DNA of 64,000 nt from Nibricoccus sp. (GTDB taxonomy: Bacteria; Verrucomicrobiota; Verrucomicrobiia; Opitutales; Opitutaceae). Position numbers and translations under genes: made by a program. Positions 50,016 to 60,065 of the stretch are shown piece by piece. The stretch lies in contig JASGHG010000001.1 of NCBI GenBank assembly GCA_047602425.1, positions 1,088,001 to 1,152,000 on the forward strand, in the 5' to 3' direction. The notes under the pieces are model-generated. The model was not told the origin of the DNA. It saw only the letters and a list, made by a program, of their open reading frames with translations, and made no database searches. Position 1 is the first letter of the stretch. Every line of letters begins with the position of its first letter.

Positions 50016-50495
50016 TCAGAACGGTACGTCTTCGTCGATGCCAGGAGCAGGCGCGGCCGGCTTGGCGTTGCCACGAGCGGGTGGAGAATGACGTTCGACC
50101 GTTTGGTCAACGCCTTCTTCACCGCCAGCCGAACCACCACCACCGCCAGCGCCACGAGCGCCGCCGGAGGAGAGGAACTGCACGTTATCGAGGACGACCT
50201 TCAGCTTGCTGCGCTTCTGTTGGGTCTGTTTGTCCTCCCATTGATCGAGCTTGAGGCGTCCTTCCACCATGGCCGGGCTGCCCTTGGTGAGATATTTCGC
50301 GACGAGTTCGCCCTGTTTGCCCCAAGCCTCGATGTCGATAAAGGTCGTCTCATCGCGGGTCGCGCCGGATTCGTCCTTGAACTGGCGGTTAACCGCGAGG
50401 CCGAACTGGCAGATGGCCGTGCCTTTGGGCGTGACCCGTAGTTCGGGATCGCGCGTCAGGTTGCCGATGAGGAAAACTTTATTGAGATAGGCCAT
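50016..50495 (-). CDS. ssb: Single-stranded DNA-binding protein
   Basis: NKVFLIGNLTRDPELR; C-terminal DEDVPF. Confidence 0.97.
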   Translation of the reverse strand: MAYLNKVFLIGNLTRDPELRVTPKGTAICQFGLAVNRQFKDESGATRDETTFIDIEAWGKQGELVAKYLTKGSPAMVEGRLKLDQWEDKQTQQKRSKLKVVLDNVQFLSSGGARGAGGGGGSAGGEEGVDQTVERHSPPARGNAKPAAPAPGIDEDVPF

Positions 50496-50519
50496 GGGGC
50501 TGAGGCTTTCGGCGGGACC

Positions 50520-50816
50520 TTAGACGGTCTCGACGAAGGTGCGGTAGACGTTGTTGTTGAGGCGAAGGCGTTCCTTGAGGGCGCCAGGGCCATCGGCCGG
50601 GGCGGCAAAGTTCATCTGCACGTAGGTCGCGGCGACGAGCTTGGCGTCGGTCACGCGGGCAAAGTCTTTCTTGCCGAGATTCTCGACGGCCGAAACTTCG
50701 CCTTGGATGGCGGTGATTTCGTTTTTTACGCCTTCGATGATCTGTTCGATGGTGTCTTCCTTGCCGCTGTTATCGAGGATGAAAGTGGCGCGGTAGTTGC
50801 GTTTGGTGGAGCTCAT
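50520..50816 (-). CDS. rpsF: 30S ribosomal protein S6
   Basis: Y..TFIL, G.K, L.ERLRL...VYR; adjacent to ssb. Confidence 0.85.
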   Translation of the reverse strand: MSSTKRNYRATFILDNSGKEDTIEQIIEGVKNEITAIQGEVSAVENLGKKDFARVTDAKLVAATYVQMNFAAPADGPGALKERLRLNNNVYRTFVETV

Positions 50817-51397
50817 TTTGTTTCTCTTCTATTAAGTGTGTTCATGGCCCGGTCGGCGCCTTGTTCGAGAAGGAGCGTGAGGCCGGAGACGTAATTGTCT
50901 AGTTTTTGATCGACGAGTGTCTGTTGTTCAGGGGTGAATTTTCCGAGGACGAAGTCCTTGAGGTCCATTTGCGCGGGTTGTTTGGGGCCGATGCCGAGGC
51001 GATAGCGGACGAAGCCATCGCCGAGGTGCTCAAGCAGACTGGCAACACCGTTGTGGCCGCCGGCGCTGCCGTTGACTGAGACTTTCACGAGACCGAGATC
51101 GATCGTCAGATCGTCGTAGATCGCGATGATCGATGCGGGCTCCAACTTGTAGAAATTAGCAAGCGCACGGACGGCGCGGCCGCTTTCGTTCATGAAGGTT
51201 TGCGGTTGAGCAAAGTAGAAAGTCTGCCCCGGCGCGCGGTCCCAACGAGCGACCACAGCGTCAAACTGCGCCTGTTTTTTCCAGGCGAGCCCGAGTTTGC
51301 GGGCGAGAGCCTCGATCACGATAAAACCCAGATTGTGGCGGGTTTTTTCGTATTCGCGGCCCGGATTGCCGAGGCCGGCAACGAGCGTAATGGACAT
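50813..51397 (-). CDS. pth: Peptidyl-tRNA hydrolase
   Basis: GLGNPG.EY..TRHN.GF, TFMNESG, GGHNG. Confidence 0.96.
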   Translation of the reverse strand: MSITLVAGLGNPGREYEKTRHNLGFIVIEALARKLGLAWKKQAQFDAVVARWDRAPGQTFYFAQPQTFMNESGRAVRALANFYKLEPASIIAIYDDLTIDLGLVKVSVNGSAGGHNGVASLLEHLGDGFVRYRLGIGPKQPAQMDLKDFVLGKFTPEQQTLVDQKLDNYVSGLTLLLEQGADRAMNTLNRRETK

Positions 51398-51457
51398 GAC
51401 TCAAAGAACAATCGTCCGGCCAGCCGCGGTCAAGCGGCCAGCCGGAACGGGAAAACG

Positions 51458-52225
51458 TTATTTCTTGGCGGGAGCGGCCGGTTTGGCAGCGGCGGCGGGA
51501 GCAGCGGCTTTGGCACCGGCAGCAGGAGCGGCGGCCTTCGCATCGCCAGCGGCGGGAGCGGCGGCAGCGCCAGCGGCAGGAGCAGCGGCACCGGCAGCAG
51601 GAGCAGCGGCGGCATCGCCAGCGGCAGGCGTGGCGGCGACAGCGGCAGCGACTTCGGCCACGGGCTCGACGCACGAAACGACGGGCTGGCTCGCATCATC
51701 GCGGTACTCGACGCCGGGAACGGCCTTGAGTTCGCCAACGTGGATAGTCTCGCCGACTTTCAAATTGGTAACGTCCACCTCGATAAACGCAGGCAGATCT
51801 TTCGGCAGCGTGCGGATGCGCACGAACTGGTTCGGGGTTTCGAGAACGCCGCTCTGGTTCTTAACGCCAAAGGATTCGCCGACGAGGGCGATCTTGACGC
51901 GGATTTCGAACTTCTCGTCTGCCTTGACCTCGTGGAGGTCGACATGAAGGAAGCGATCGGTGATCGGATCGCGCTGCACTTCCTGGAGGAAGGAGAGAGC
52001 GGACTCCGATTTGTCCTTGCGCTTGAGTTCGATGAGCGAAGCGGAACCGGCGATCGACTTAACGAGGCGGGTGAACTCCGGAGCATCGACGGCGAGCTTT
52101 TCAGGCTGCGTGTGTTTCCCGTAAAGAATCGCGGGAATCAGATTGACCTTGCGCAAACGGCGGGAGGCCGAACGGCCTGTGTTGGCGCGAGGAGATACGT
52201 TGAGTGTGAACTGTTTTTTTGACAT
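51458..52225 (-). CDS. rplY: 50S ribosomal protein L25/Ctc
   Basis: SRRLR...IPAILYG, VQRDP...HVD; Ala/Pro tail. Confidence 0.95.
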   Translation of the reverse strand: MSKKQFTLNVSPRANTGRSASRRLRKVNLIPAILYGKHTQPEKLAVDAPEFTRLVKSIAGSASLIELKRKDKSESALSFLQEVQRDPITDRFLHVDLHEVKADEKFEIRVKIALVGESFGVKNQSGVLETPNQFVRIRTLPKDLPAFIEVDVTNLKVGETIHVGELKAVPGVEYRDDASQPVVSCVEPVAEVAAAVAATPAAGDAAAAPAAGAAAPAAGAAAAPAAGDAKAAAPAAGAKAAAPAAAAKPAAPAKK

Positions 52226-52432
52226 GGTTTCGTTCCCCCTGTGACCCCGGGAATCGGAGGCAGGCGTAGTGGAAAAGGGTTCGAGGGAATAGGTCCGGGG
52301 GGCGGTATGGCAACCAAAACTTTGGGCAAGCCCCATTTTTCCGTCATTTCGCGTAAAAGGAGCATTGACAACGGCGCGCAGCCGACTGTTTTTCGACCCT
52401 CCTTTCGCGCGGTGTAACCGCCGAAGCCACGT

Positions 52433-52507
52433 TGCCCGGTAGCTCAGTGGCAGAGCAGGTGACTGTTAATCACTTGGTCGAAGGTTCGATCCCTTCCCGG
52501 GCAGCCA
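52433..52507 (+). tRNA. tRNA-Asn(GTT), integration target
   Basis: Anticodon arm GGTGA-CTGTTAA-TCACT; CCA. Confidence 0.95.
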
Positions 52508-52552
52508 GCTCCTTCAAGGAGATGGGGAATTACAAGAAGCGTCAGGGAATTC

Positions 52553-52573
52553 GTCTGGGCCATTTCTGGGCCA
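52553..52573 (+). repeat. Putative integrase arm-type site (left)
   Basis: GTCTGGGCCATTTCTGGGCCA, identical to 62062-62082. Confidence 0.7.
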
Positions 52574-52825
52574 TTTTCATCGCACAGCTCCCCGCGATGC
52601 AACAGACGCATTCACTAGAGGCATAGCCTGCTCTCACCAGAGAAAATAAGTCGTGGGACGTCCTATCGCCGATCTTATTTCCCGTTCGCAAAATGAAGTG
52701 CTCCGACAAGCGTACATTCTGCCACACCTTGCGTGCTAGTGCCCCACTCGTCCCGTTGAGCCTCGCTATGGGTAGTTCGGATACATGCTCTTGCGCAAAC
52801 ATTAGTGATCATATAATCAACAAAA

Positions 52826-55108
52826 ATGATCAAATGGCTCCCCCGGGTGATGTTACTTTTGGCCTGCTTGATATATTCGCCCCTGCGAGGCCAACAACCA
52901 GCAAAATCTCCGTTCATCGGAACTTGGTCGGTAAGGATTCCAGATTACGGGTGGATTGCACTTAACGTTGGTGACAATGGGGGCGGACAGATCAGCGGTG
53001 CCGGTCTTTGGTGGTTTGTCGAGCTACTTGATAGAGGGTTCGCAACTAGAGTTGAAGGCTCTCGGCTTTACCTTGAGACCTATAACCATAAACACCAACG
53101 GATTCCTTGTTTTTCCTTTGAACTGACTATTGAGGGAAAACTGAGATTATTGAGCGGAGGGATCATTTCCGATCCCATTCCCTCTCCCTTTTCAAACCTC
53201 ATCTTGGATAGGAACCAGAAGATGTTCTTTTGGCATGAACTGACCAGCTACAGGATAGATGCGAGCGATTACAACAAATGGCATGATCACGGTTCGTTAA
53301 AGGCTTTGCCTGTTACCTGGCAAACTGATGTTGCCGTAGCTACGGGCCGCTTGTTCGCATTAGACGACCACCTACTTAAGCCTGTGTTGGCGCTGCCGTC
53401 GCTCCCCGCGTCCTTCCTCGCGGAGGTGTACGGATGGACACAGGAAAAACCAGCGTGGAACGAAGGTATCGACTACATCATCAGAGCGATAGCCCAAAAT
53501 CCGAACTGCGAACAATCCATCTTGGAAAAAATATGGCAACACCCGGACAACCCACAATTATGGCTAGCAGCGGCAGCCAATCGTAATGCTCGACCGGAAT
53601 GGGGCGCCACTGTGGTTGATCGGATCATGAAATCCGATGAGCGTGTAAAGTCACGCGCCACATGGGACGGCAGCGGCCCCTCAGAACTTTACGAAAGACT
53701 CATTCAGGACGGTCCAAAAACTCGAGCAGAACTCGCATCGAGCCGTAAGATGCCGACGTTTGTTTACGAAACGCTCATGCGCGATTTCGCAACCGAAACA
53801 AGAATGGCCCTCGCAAGAAACGAAGCGGTTCCTACAACCCTGATTGAAGAACTCGCGCTTCTAGATGACCGCAATCTCCGCATGACGCTCATCTACAACC
53901 GTCAACTAGCGGCAACAACTCGCTCCCGACTTGTCAAAATGATTTCCCAAACCGCCGTCCCAAAAGAATTCAGCGGACTGGCGTACGATCGCGATGCGCC
54001 TCCGGAGTTTCTTTCCCGCTGTGCGGCTGATTTGGATCCCGGTATTCGCACCAACGTGGCGAGCAATTCTCAAACGGATCAGGCAACGCTCCTTCGCCTA
54101 GCCAATGACGAAGCGCGAGAAACTGCCCGGACTGCGCGCGAATCGTTAAAGAAGCGATTCCCTACCGTTTTTGCACAAGTGTCATCCACCCTAACGCCTC
54201 TAGAAACTCTTGAACAAGACTGTTCCCCTCTACAGCGCTTCCGCCAAGCGATCGAACGATCCGACCTGAAGGAGCTCACCCACCTTACAGAGTACCTTAG
54301 AACCAAAGATGAGTTGGAGTCCGTCCTAAGCGCTACCGCTAACGACGTGATCAAGGCTTACCGACCAGCGGTCATGGATTTCTTTCTAGCACAAGATTTC
54401 AACAAATATCACGTTGCGCTTACCGATCTGGCGGCCCAATGCGGAGGGGATCAGCAATGGCTAAGCTATTTCAAAGCACATGGTGCTTTTGACAAAAGTC
54501 TGCCTGGGCGGGCCTATGAAAAAGCAATAGAAACTGGGCGCGTCGAAAATGTCGCAGGATTAATCAAGGCGAAAGTCGACGTGAACCAGCAAAGCTCACA
54601 AAATATGAGCGCACTCCATCATGCGGTGATTCGTCGAAATCTTACAATGGTGGCGCTCCTTGTTGATGCAGGTGCAAAATTCGACGTCCGAGATCAATAT
54701 GGTCGCACTCCCTTAGATTATGCAGTCCTGGCCAAATTCATTCCGGCAATTAAGCTCCTTGATCGGGAGAAAAAACATACAGCCATCATCGAACAGTTTA
54801 CCAATGAGTTCCCATCTGCACCAAAAGATTCCCCCTTTCTTGGGCAATGGACGAATAACCGCGACGGATTTTATACTGTCGTTATTAAATTCGATAGTGA
54901 AGGCACTGGGTATCTCTCAGCGTCCATTGCTTCGTTGCTGATTGCCTGGCGAAGCACAGCAAAAAACGAGGCCGTCGCCTTCATCTTCAATGAAAAAGGT
55001 GAAGTAGAAAAATCCATGCCCATCCACCTCCTTCTGGACCCCGTATCGGAAGAAATTATTTTCGAGCCGCAAAAAGGGGAAAAGCAAAGGTTGCGACGCA
55101 TAAAGTGA
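52826..55108 (+). CDS. Secreted cargo protein with helical (LRV/HEAT-like) and ankyrin repeats
   Basis: Signal peptide; A.N.. repeats (AQNPN, ARNEA, ASNSQ); ankyrin motifs SALHHAV, GRTPLDYA. Confidence 0.8.
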   Translation: MIKWLPRVMLLLACLIYSPLRGQQPAKSPFIGTWSVRIPDYGWIALNVGDNGGGQISGAGLWWFVELLDRGFATRVEGSRLYLETYNHKHQRIPCFSFELTIEGKLRLLSGGIISDPIPSPFSNLILDRNQKMFFWHELTSYRIDASDYNKWHDHGSLKALPVTWQTDVAVATGRLFALDDHLLKPVLALPSLPASFLAEVYGWTQEKPAWNEGIDYIIRAIAQNPNCEQSILEKIWQHPDNPQLWLAAAANRNARPEWGATVVDRIMKSDERVKSRATWDGSGPSELYERLIQDGPKTRAELASSRKMPTFVYETLMRDFATETRMALARNEAVPTTLIEELALLDDRNLRMTLIYNRQLAATTRSRLVKMISQTAVPKEFSGLAYDRDAPPEFLSRCAADLDPGIRTNVASNSQTDQATLLRLANDEARETARTARESLKKRFPTVFAQVSSTLTPLETLEQDCSPLQRFRQAIERSDLKELTHLTEYLRTKDELESVLSATANDVIKAYRPAVMDFFLAQDFNKYHVALTDLAAQCGGDQQWLSYFKAHGAFDKSLPGRAYEKAIETGRVENVAGLIKAKVDVNQQSSQNMSALHHAVIRRNLTMVALLVDAGAKFDVRDQYGRTPLDYAVLAKFIPAIKLLDREKKHTAIIEQFTNEFPSAPKDSPFLGQWTNNRDGFYTVVIKFDSEGTGYLSASIASLLIAWRSTAKNEAVAFIFNEKGEVEKSMPIHLLLDPVSEEIIFEPQKGEKQRLRRIK

Positions 55109-55137
55109 TTGCTCCATCCGGTGCCGTCGAATTCCGC

Positions 55138-55368
55138 TCAAGAGCACTGGATGCGCGCCGCCTCGATCAAGGCGAGAACCTCGGCTTCGTCGAACAAAAC
55201 GACACGAGCGTTGATTTTATGGCGCGCGATTTTTCCGTCGTTCGCCCAACGGAAAATAGTCCGCGGGCAGACCCCTAGCCTTTCGGCAACGACTTTTGCT
55301 TTGCTAAATTTCCTCGCAGGAACCCCGTTAGCCACCGAGCCAGTTTGATTTGATAATGTGGTTTTCAT
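55138..55368 (-). CDS. Excisionase/AlpA-like HTH protein
   Basis: VAERLGVCPRTIFRWANDGKI...VLFD..EV. Confidence 0.8.
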   Translation of the reverse strand: MKTTLSNQTGSVANGVPARKFSKAKVVAERLGVCPRTIFRWANDGKIARHKINARVVLFDEAEVLALIEAARIQCS

Positions 55369-55403
55369 AATTTTTATTTTCCATTTTTGTATTCGTATTA
55401 TAA

Positions 55404-55805
55404 CTACGCCTCCCAACCACGCGGCTTGAGAAAGAGTTGCCCGTTGTTCGCTGCACGCTTGGTCAGATTCGCCGCAGGCGCGGACGGAAGTGGCAAAAAT
55501 GCAATTTCGGTCACGTAGGAATTTGCTTCCTGCGCACGGTCTAGCGCCAGTTCGGGACAGGCTTTGACTGATTTTAAGGAATGCGCTTCCAGCGCGTCGA
55601 ACAGCGGCTCCAGATTATGCCCGCGTAAGACAACGATCGCTTTGCCAATTTTGACGGTCACGGCATCGGGCTCGCGGTAAGTCCAGCATGCTTCCACGTA
55701 ATCGTGATACGGCAGATTGAGCCGCACTTTTCCGTCGTCGAACGTCACGCTGGGCGACTGCTGTTTCGTTTCAAAAATTGGCCGACCCGGTCGTTCAAAG
55801 TTCAT
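55404..55805 (-). CDS. Hypothetical protein, translationally coupled to the relaxase
   Basis: ATGA overlap at 55802-55805. Confidence 0.75.
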   Translation of the reverse strand: MNFERPGRPIFETKQQSPSVTFDDGKVRLNLPYHDYVEACWTYREPDAVTVKIGKAIVVLRGHNLEPLFDALEAHSLKSVKACPELALDRAQEANSYVTEIAFLPLPSAPAANLTKRAANNGQLFLKPRGWEA

Positions 55806-58486
55806 ATGTGCATTCCTTTCCGTTCACCTAGTTGTTGTCGTTGGTTCCAGTGCATCCAGTGCTTGATGCGTTCCTGTAAGCGTTCCAAACGCGAGGGAGC
55901 ATTCGTCCAGCTTTGCCGCTCCAAAAATTCCGTGGCGAGTTCGCGGTCGTCCTGCAAACTCTTCAGCCGCCGCACCACGGCTTCGTGCGAAGCGACGTAC
56001 AGATGATGCCGCTCACGATAACGCGTATTGCCGACATAGAATTGCCTCTGGCCTAAGGTTTCGGCGGACTGATGCCCAAGAACTAAAATCGATTCATCCA
56101 CCGTCATACCTTGGGCGCGATACGAGGTCAGCGCGTGGGCATACGTCCAAGTTTTCAATTCGTTCGGCAACCTTCGACCATCGGCAAATAAGATTTCGTT
56201 TTGCGCGACATCGACCCGCTCCACTTCGGCGACTTCTCCGTTTTTGAAGTCGCCGCTGCGCGCCCGAATCAAAATCCGATCGCCCGCCGACACCGTCAGC
56301 ACGACTTTTCGCGCCACCTCGAAAGTCGCTTGGTGCCGACGCGTGACCTTGAACTCTCGCCCAGTTTCGCCGCGTACGCACAACCCGTCCCGCTCGATGC
56401 CGATCACCTCCGCGCTCTGGCCGCGGCGCGTCTGCCGCGTCTGGCGCACAAAATATAGCTGATCGCCGAGCTGATATTGCGACCAATGGATTTTCTGTTC
56501 TGCCGTCCGAGACACCGGCTGCAATGTCGCGCGCTCGACCGTCTCTGTGCCGAGGACACCGTGCCGGCGCAACGCCTCGCGCGCTTTCAAACTGAAGCGA
56601 TCAATTTCATCCCAGAGTGGAATCACGACCAGGGTGTCAATGCCCTCCGCGCGGTTGCGCGCATAGTGCCCCGCCGCGAGTTCGAATAATTTCTCCTCAT
56701 CGGTTTGTTCGCTAACCATCCCGCGTGCCTTCGCCTGACCAAACGCTTCGCACGAGCGTTCCTCGCCCAGCAAGCGACTGATTTCACGGTCGGCGGGATC
56801 TCGCTGCCGCAGCACTTCCGAAAGTCGAACCACCGGCAGCTGCGCGTGCTTCACCACATGGCGCAAGGCATCACCACGTTGGACGCTGTAATGCTGTTTC
56901 GGATCGCCAACCAGGAGCACGCGGAAACGTTGTTCGATCGCGTGCCGAAAAAGTTCCGCGAGTTGACGACTCGACAACAACCCAGCCTCATCGACAAGCA
57001 CAACACGCCCTCGGAGCTCCGTCGGCTTCTGCACCAGAAAGCGCTGCACCGTGTCCGCATCCTTAAACCCGCTTTCGCGTAAACCGTCTCTCGCTTTGGT
57101 GGTAGGCGCCAACGCGATGAACGTTTTTCCGTGATTGAGTCGGTGAGCGTCTTCCAGCGCCGCGAGTAGCGTCGTCTTGCCGGTACCGGCATCGCCGACC
57201 AATACCGCGATGCCATCTTTGTTCTGCAAAAGCTTCCCTGCCGCTGTGCGCTGCCCGGGCGTGAGTTCGTCGGGCAGATCGTCTATGCGCCCAAGAGGAA
57301 AGAAACCATTGCGCAAATTCTGTGCGTCGCGGAGTGCGCGATATTCTTCGCGCACGATCTCCCGCAGAGTCAATTCTCCGTCGTGCTGCACCAAATCGGG
57401 ATGATGTTCGAATGCAGCGCGGAGCCCCTTCCAGTCGAAATACTCCGGATGGAGCAACAGAGCCGCGGCCAGGACTTCGTCCTCGCGCGCGACACTGTTG
57501 CGCTCGAAGACGTGGCGTATTGACGCTTCCAATACGTCCTCCGGACGTCCGAAGGAAGTGTGCGGCTGCTGTTTTTCCTCAAGAGCGCGAGACACGACGG
57601 CCCGAAGCGCTCGCCTTTCGTCTCCACTGAGCTCCGCTTGCTGACGGGTGCGGACCTCGACCGTGGAGACTTCGGCGAGCTTTCGACCGCGCGACTCGCG
57701 CACCAGAATCTCAACCTCTTTCTTGCTGGGCGTGCGCCCGTGTTGCGTCGTGAACGCCTCAACCCGGGACCGCACTTGCCGCGAACGTTTCGAAAAACGC
57801 TCGCGCAAGTGTTCGACGCCTCGGATCGAAAAGCCGTCGGGCTTCAGGTCATATGATTGATAGCCGAGCATTTTGGCCCTCCGGAATAGTTCGCGATAGA
57901 ACACCTGCCGGAGAAATTTCGAGGCTCGCATGAGAGGCTGAGCTTGAAGGGCAAACCAGCGCTCACGCGATTCGTCCCATGTCGCGTTCGCGATCACGAC
58001 ATGCGCGTGCAGCTGCGGATCGAGTTCGCGCGAGGTATCGTGAAAAAACAGCGCAGCGGTCAGATTCGCAGTCAACCGATACGCGTCCGAGCTCGCGGCA
58101 TCGCCCCGACGCTCACGCACGGCGGCGTAACGTTCCATCTCCGCAATCGTCGTGTGCGCCGATTCGCGAAATGCTTCCTGCAGCCGTTCGTCGCCGAGCA
58201 TGGCCAGCACGCTGAAATCTTTCGGCGCGGAAATCTGCACGTCGTAAAACGCAATGCGATCCTTCACGTCACGCGCGGTCAGACGTTCGCCGGTCTCGGG
58301 ATGCTGATTAAGCCGCAGTGCCGCGAACGTTTCGTCCCGAACCACACCGGAAAGACCAAGACGCTCCGCGCCCGCGCCGATCCATTCGCCTTCACGCGCA
58401 CGTTCGCCCTCCGCCCAATAATCATTTTTGCGCAGATGCTGGCTCAAGTAGGTCGAACCGTTACGAATGACTCCGACTGTGATCAT
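55802..58486 (-). CDS. MobF (TrwC-like) relaxase-helicase
   Basis: N-terminal DYW, SAPK.FS, HUH motif HDTSRELDPQLHAH; SF1 helicase GDAGTGKTT, DEAG, GD.KQ, YALT..RAQG.T. Confidence 0.92.
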   Translation of the reverse strand: MITVGVIRNGSTYLSQHLRKNDYWAEGERAREGEWIGAGAERLGLSGVVRDETFAALRLNQHPETGERLTARDVKDRIAFYDVQISAPKDFSVLAMLGDERLQEAFRESAHTTIAEMERYAAVRERRGDAASSDAYRLTANLTAALFFHDTSRELDPQLHAHVVIANATWDESRERWFALQAQPLMRASKFLRQVFYRELFRRAKMLGYQSYDLKPDGFSIRGVEHLRERFSKRSRQVRSRVEAFTTQHGRTPSKKEVEILVRESRGRKLAEVSTVEVRTRQQAELSGDERRALRAVVSRALEEKQQPHTSFGRPEDVLEASIRHVFERNSVAREDEVLAAALLLHPEYFDWKGLRAAFEHHPDLVQHDGELTLREIVREEYRALRDAQNLRNGFFPLGRIDDLPDELTPGQRTAAGKLLQNKDGIAVLVGDAGTGKTTLLAALEDAHRLNHGKTFIALAPTTKARDGLRESGFKDADTVQRFLVQKPTELRGRVVLVDEAGLLSSRQLAELFRHAIEQRFRVLLVGDPKQHYSVQRGDALRHVVKHAQLPVVRLSEVLRQRDPADREISRLLGEERSCEAFGQAKARGMVSEQTDEEKLFELAAGHYARNRAEGIDTLVVIPLWDEIDRFSLKAREALRRHGVLGTETVERATLQPVSRTAEQKIHWSQYQLGDQLYFVRQTRQTRRGQSAEVIGIERDGLCVRGETGREFKVTRRHQATFEVARKVVLTVSAGDRILIRARSGDFKNGEVAEVERVDVAQNEILFADGRRLPNELKTWTYAHALTSYRAQGMTVDESILVLGHQSAETLGQRQFYVGNTRYRERHHLYVASHEAVVRRLKSLQDDRELATEFLERQSWTNAPSRLERLQERIKHWMHWNQRQQLGERKGMHI

Positions 58487-58823
58487 GCGCACGATCACGG
58501 CCGAACGCATCGCCATTCTCAACGGCGCGCACCCTCCGATTTTGGTGTAGTCCGCCTACCGCAATTGGTGTACCTGCTCGCACGTCTTCGGTGTGTTTTC
58601 CAGGGAGTATTGGCTACGAATAACGGTTATGGTCGCGCGATCCTCTGGTGTTTTTTATAGCAGAGACGCAATTCCCTAAGCCAAGCTTAGGATTTCGTAA
58701 CTGCATAAATACATCTGATCGTGAAGTCGGCCGACTTCGCTCAAGCGGAGGCTTTTGCCACAGATGAATGTTAATAGCCGATTGTGTATTGCTCGCAGAC
58801 TCACTGCGGATCATTGATACTAC

Positions 58824-59840
58824 ATGACCACCCCAGCAACCATCGACGACGAAGTCGGGCCGCTGAATGTCGCGGATTGGGACTTCAGCCGGGTGCCCGC
58901 AACAGAGGTTATTGCCTGTTGCCTTTGGGAATATGCCCGAGAGTCGCCCTCAATAGGAATCGCTGCTGAATATCATCGTCTCTTGATGCGCACCATCACG
59001 AAGAACGAGACGTGGGGCGGCCTCCCGTCGGATAAAAAAGCGCTGGCGCAGCATATTGCTCAGGTCGACGCCCAAGCCCGAGCTATCGGCTACCACTCCG
59101 AAACGTTTCTCAAACGCTATTGGGCTTCAGACGTTGCCTACATCAAGTTCTACGAAACGCTTCGCCAAACGGTGTCGTCGAACACAAAACCCTGGCAGGA
59201 AATTGCGGCTTGTCATCGAGCTGTCTTCGTCCAGGAACTCGACGAGCGATCCGTTTTACAGCCACTTTCCGCGTCGTTGATTGGAGAATTGGAGCAGTTG
59301 TGGCAGACAAATAATGGCGCGCTGAAAAAAGTGAGAAACCGAATTCGTCCGCCCAATGACGATAGTGAAGAGTTCGAACTCTATCAAACGTCAATTCCTT
59401 ACGCTTTACCCGATGAGGAACGGCTTTCAGCGACACGAAAGACAGTGGTGGCTTTCACGGTCGATTATTCTCGTTATACCGACCGGGAGATAGTTCACGA
59501 ATTTACGCGTTGGCTGCGTACCAACCGCCCAAAACAATGGCGCCGACCATCTAATCTATTCCCCTCAGTGGCCCGCGGTCGAAAACGCAATGATTTCCGA
59601 GTTGCTTTGGAGAGATTAGGCCTGATGCGCTTGCTGCACTGGAATAGTCCGCGACAACTTCGCCTGAAACTGCCTCGGGCATGGAAACTTTATGGCCAGA
59701 AGCAACCAGTGTTTCGGCGTGAAATTCGCGGCGCAGTGCGTTTTTTCCGCCAATTCTTTCCATTTTTGCCTAAACATGAGGTGCCAAGTTCGCTGGAGCG
59801 CCACACACTTTGGATGCGGCGTTTTCTCGGTACGCAATGA
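58824..59840 (+). CDS. Hypothetical protein, possible element-encoded regulator
   Basis: 338-aa ORF divergent from the relaxase; WEYARE motif; basic C-terminus. Confidence 0.7.
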   Translation: MTTPATIDDEVGPLNVADWDFSRVPATEVIACCLWEYARESPSIGIAAEYHRLLMRTITKNETWGGLPSDKKALAQHIAQVDAQARAIGYHSETFLKRYWASDVAYIKFYETLRQTVSSNTKPWQEIAACHRAVFVQELDERSVLQPLSASLIGELEQLWQTNNGALKKVRNRIRPPNDDSEEFELYQTSIPYALPDEERLSATRKTVVAFTVDYSRYTDREIVHEFTRWLRTNRPKQWRRPSNLFPSVARGRKRNDFRVALERLGLMRLLHWNSPRQLRLKLPRAWKLYGQKQPVFRREIRGAVRFFRQFFPFLPKHEVPSSLERHTLWMRRFLGTQ

Positions 59841-60065
59841 AGAGTCCATACAGGACATCAAAAGCCGAGTGATTTGATGCCTCTAGTTTTCCGACGGTAG
59901 GATTGCTAAACTGGGTGGATGAGTTGGCCACCCAGTGATGCCGTTGTTATTGCTACCATCAGTGCATTGTCCACCGTTGCGGCTGCTGCCCTGCCTGCCT
60001 TGCTCAAACGCAAACGAAACTATTCTACACGGCGCCGAACAGTACGGCGGACCTAATTGCGGACC

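Noticed and set aside
51480..51650. GCGGCA-rich repeats
   Set aside because: Encode the Ala/Pro low-complexity tail of L25
50016..52225. rpsF-ssb without rpsR/rplI, joined to rplY-pth
   Set aside because: Plausible lineage-level gene order; no sign of disruption
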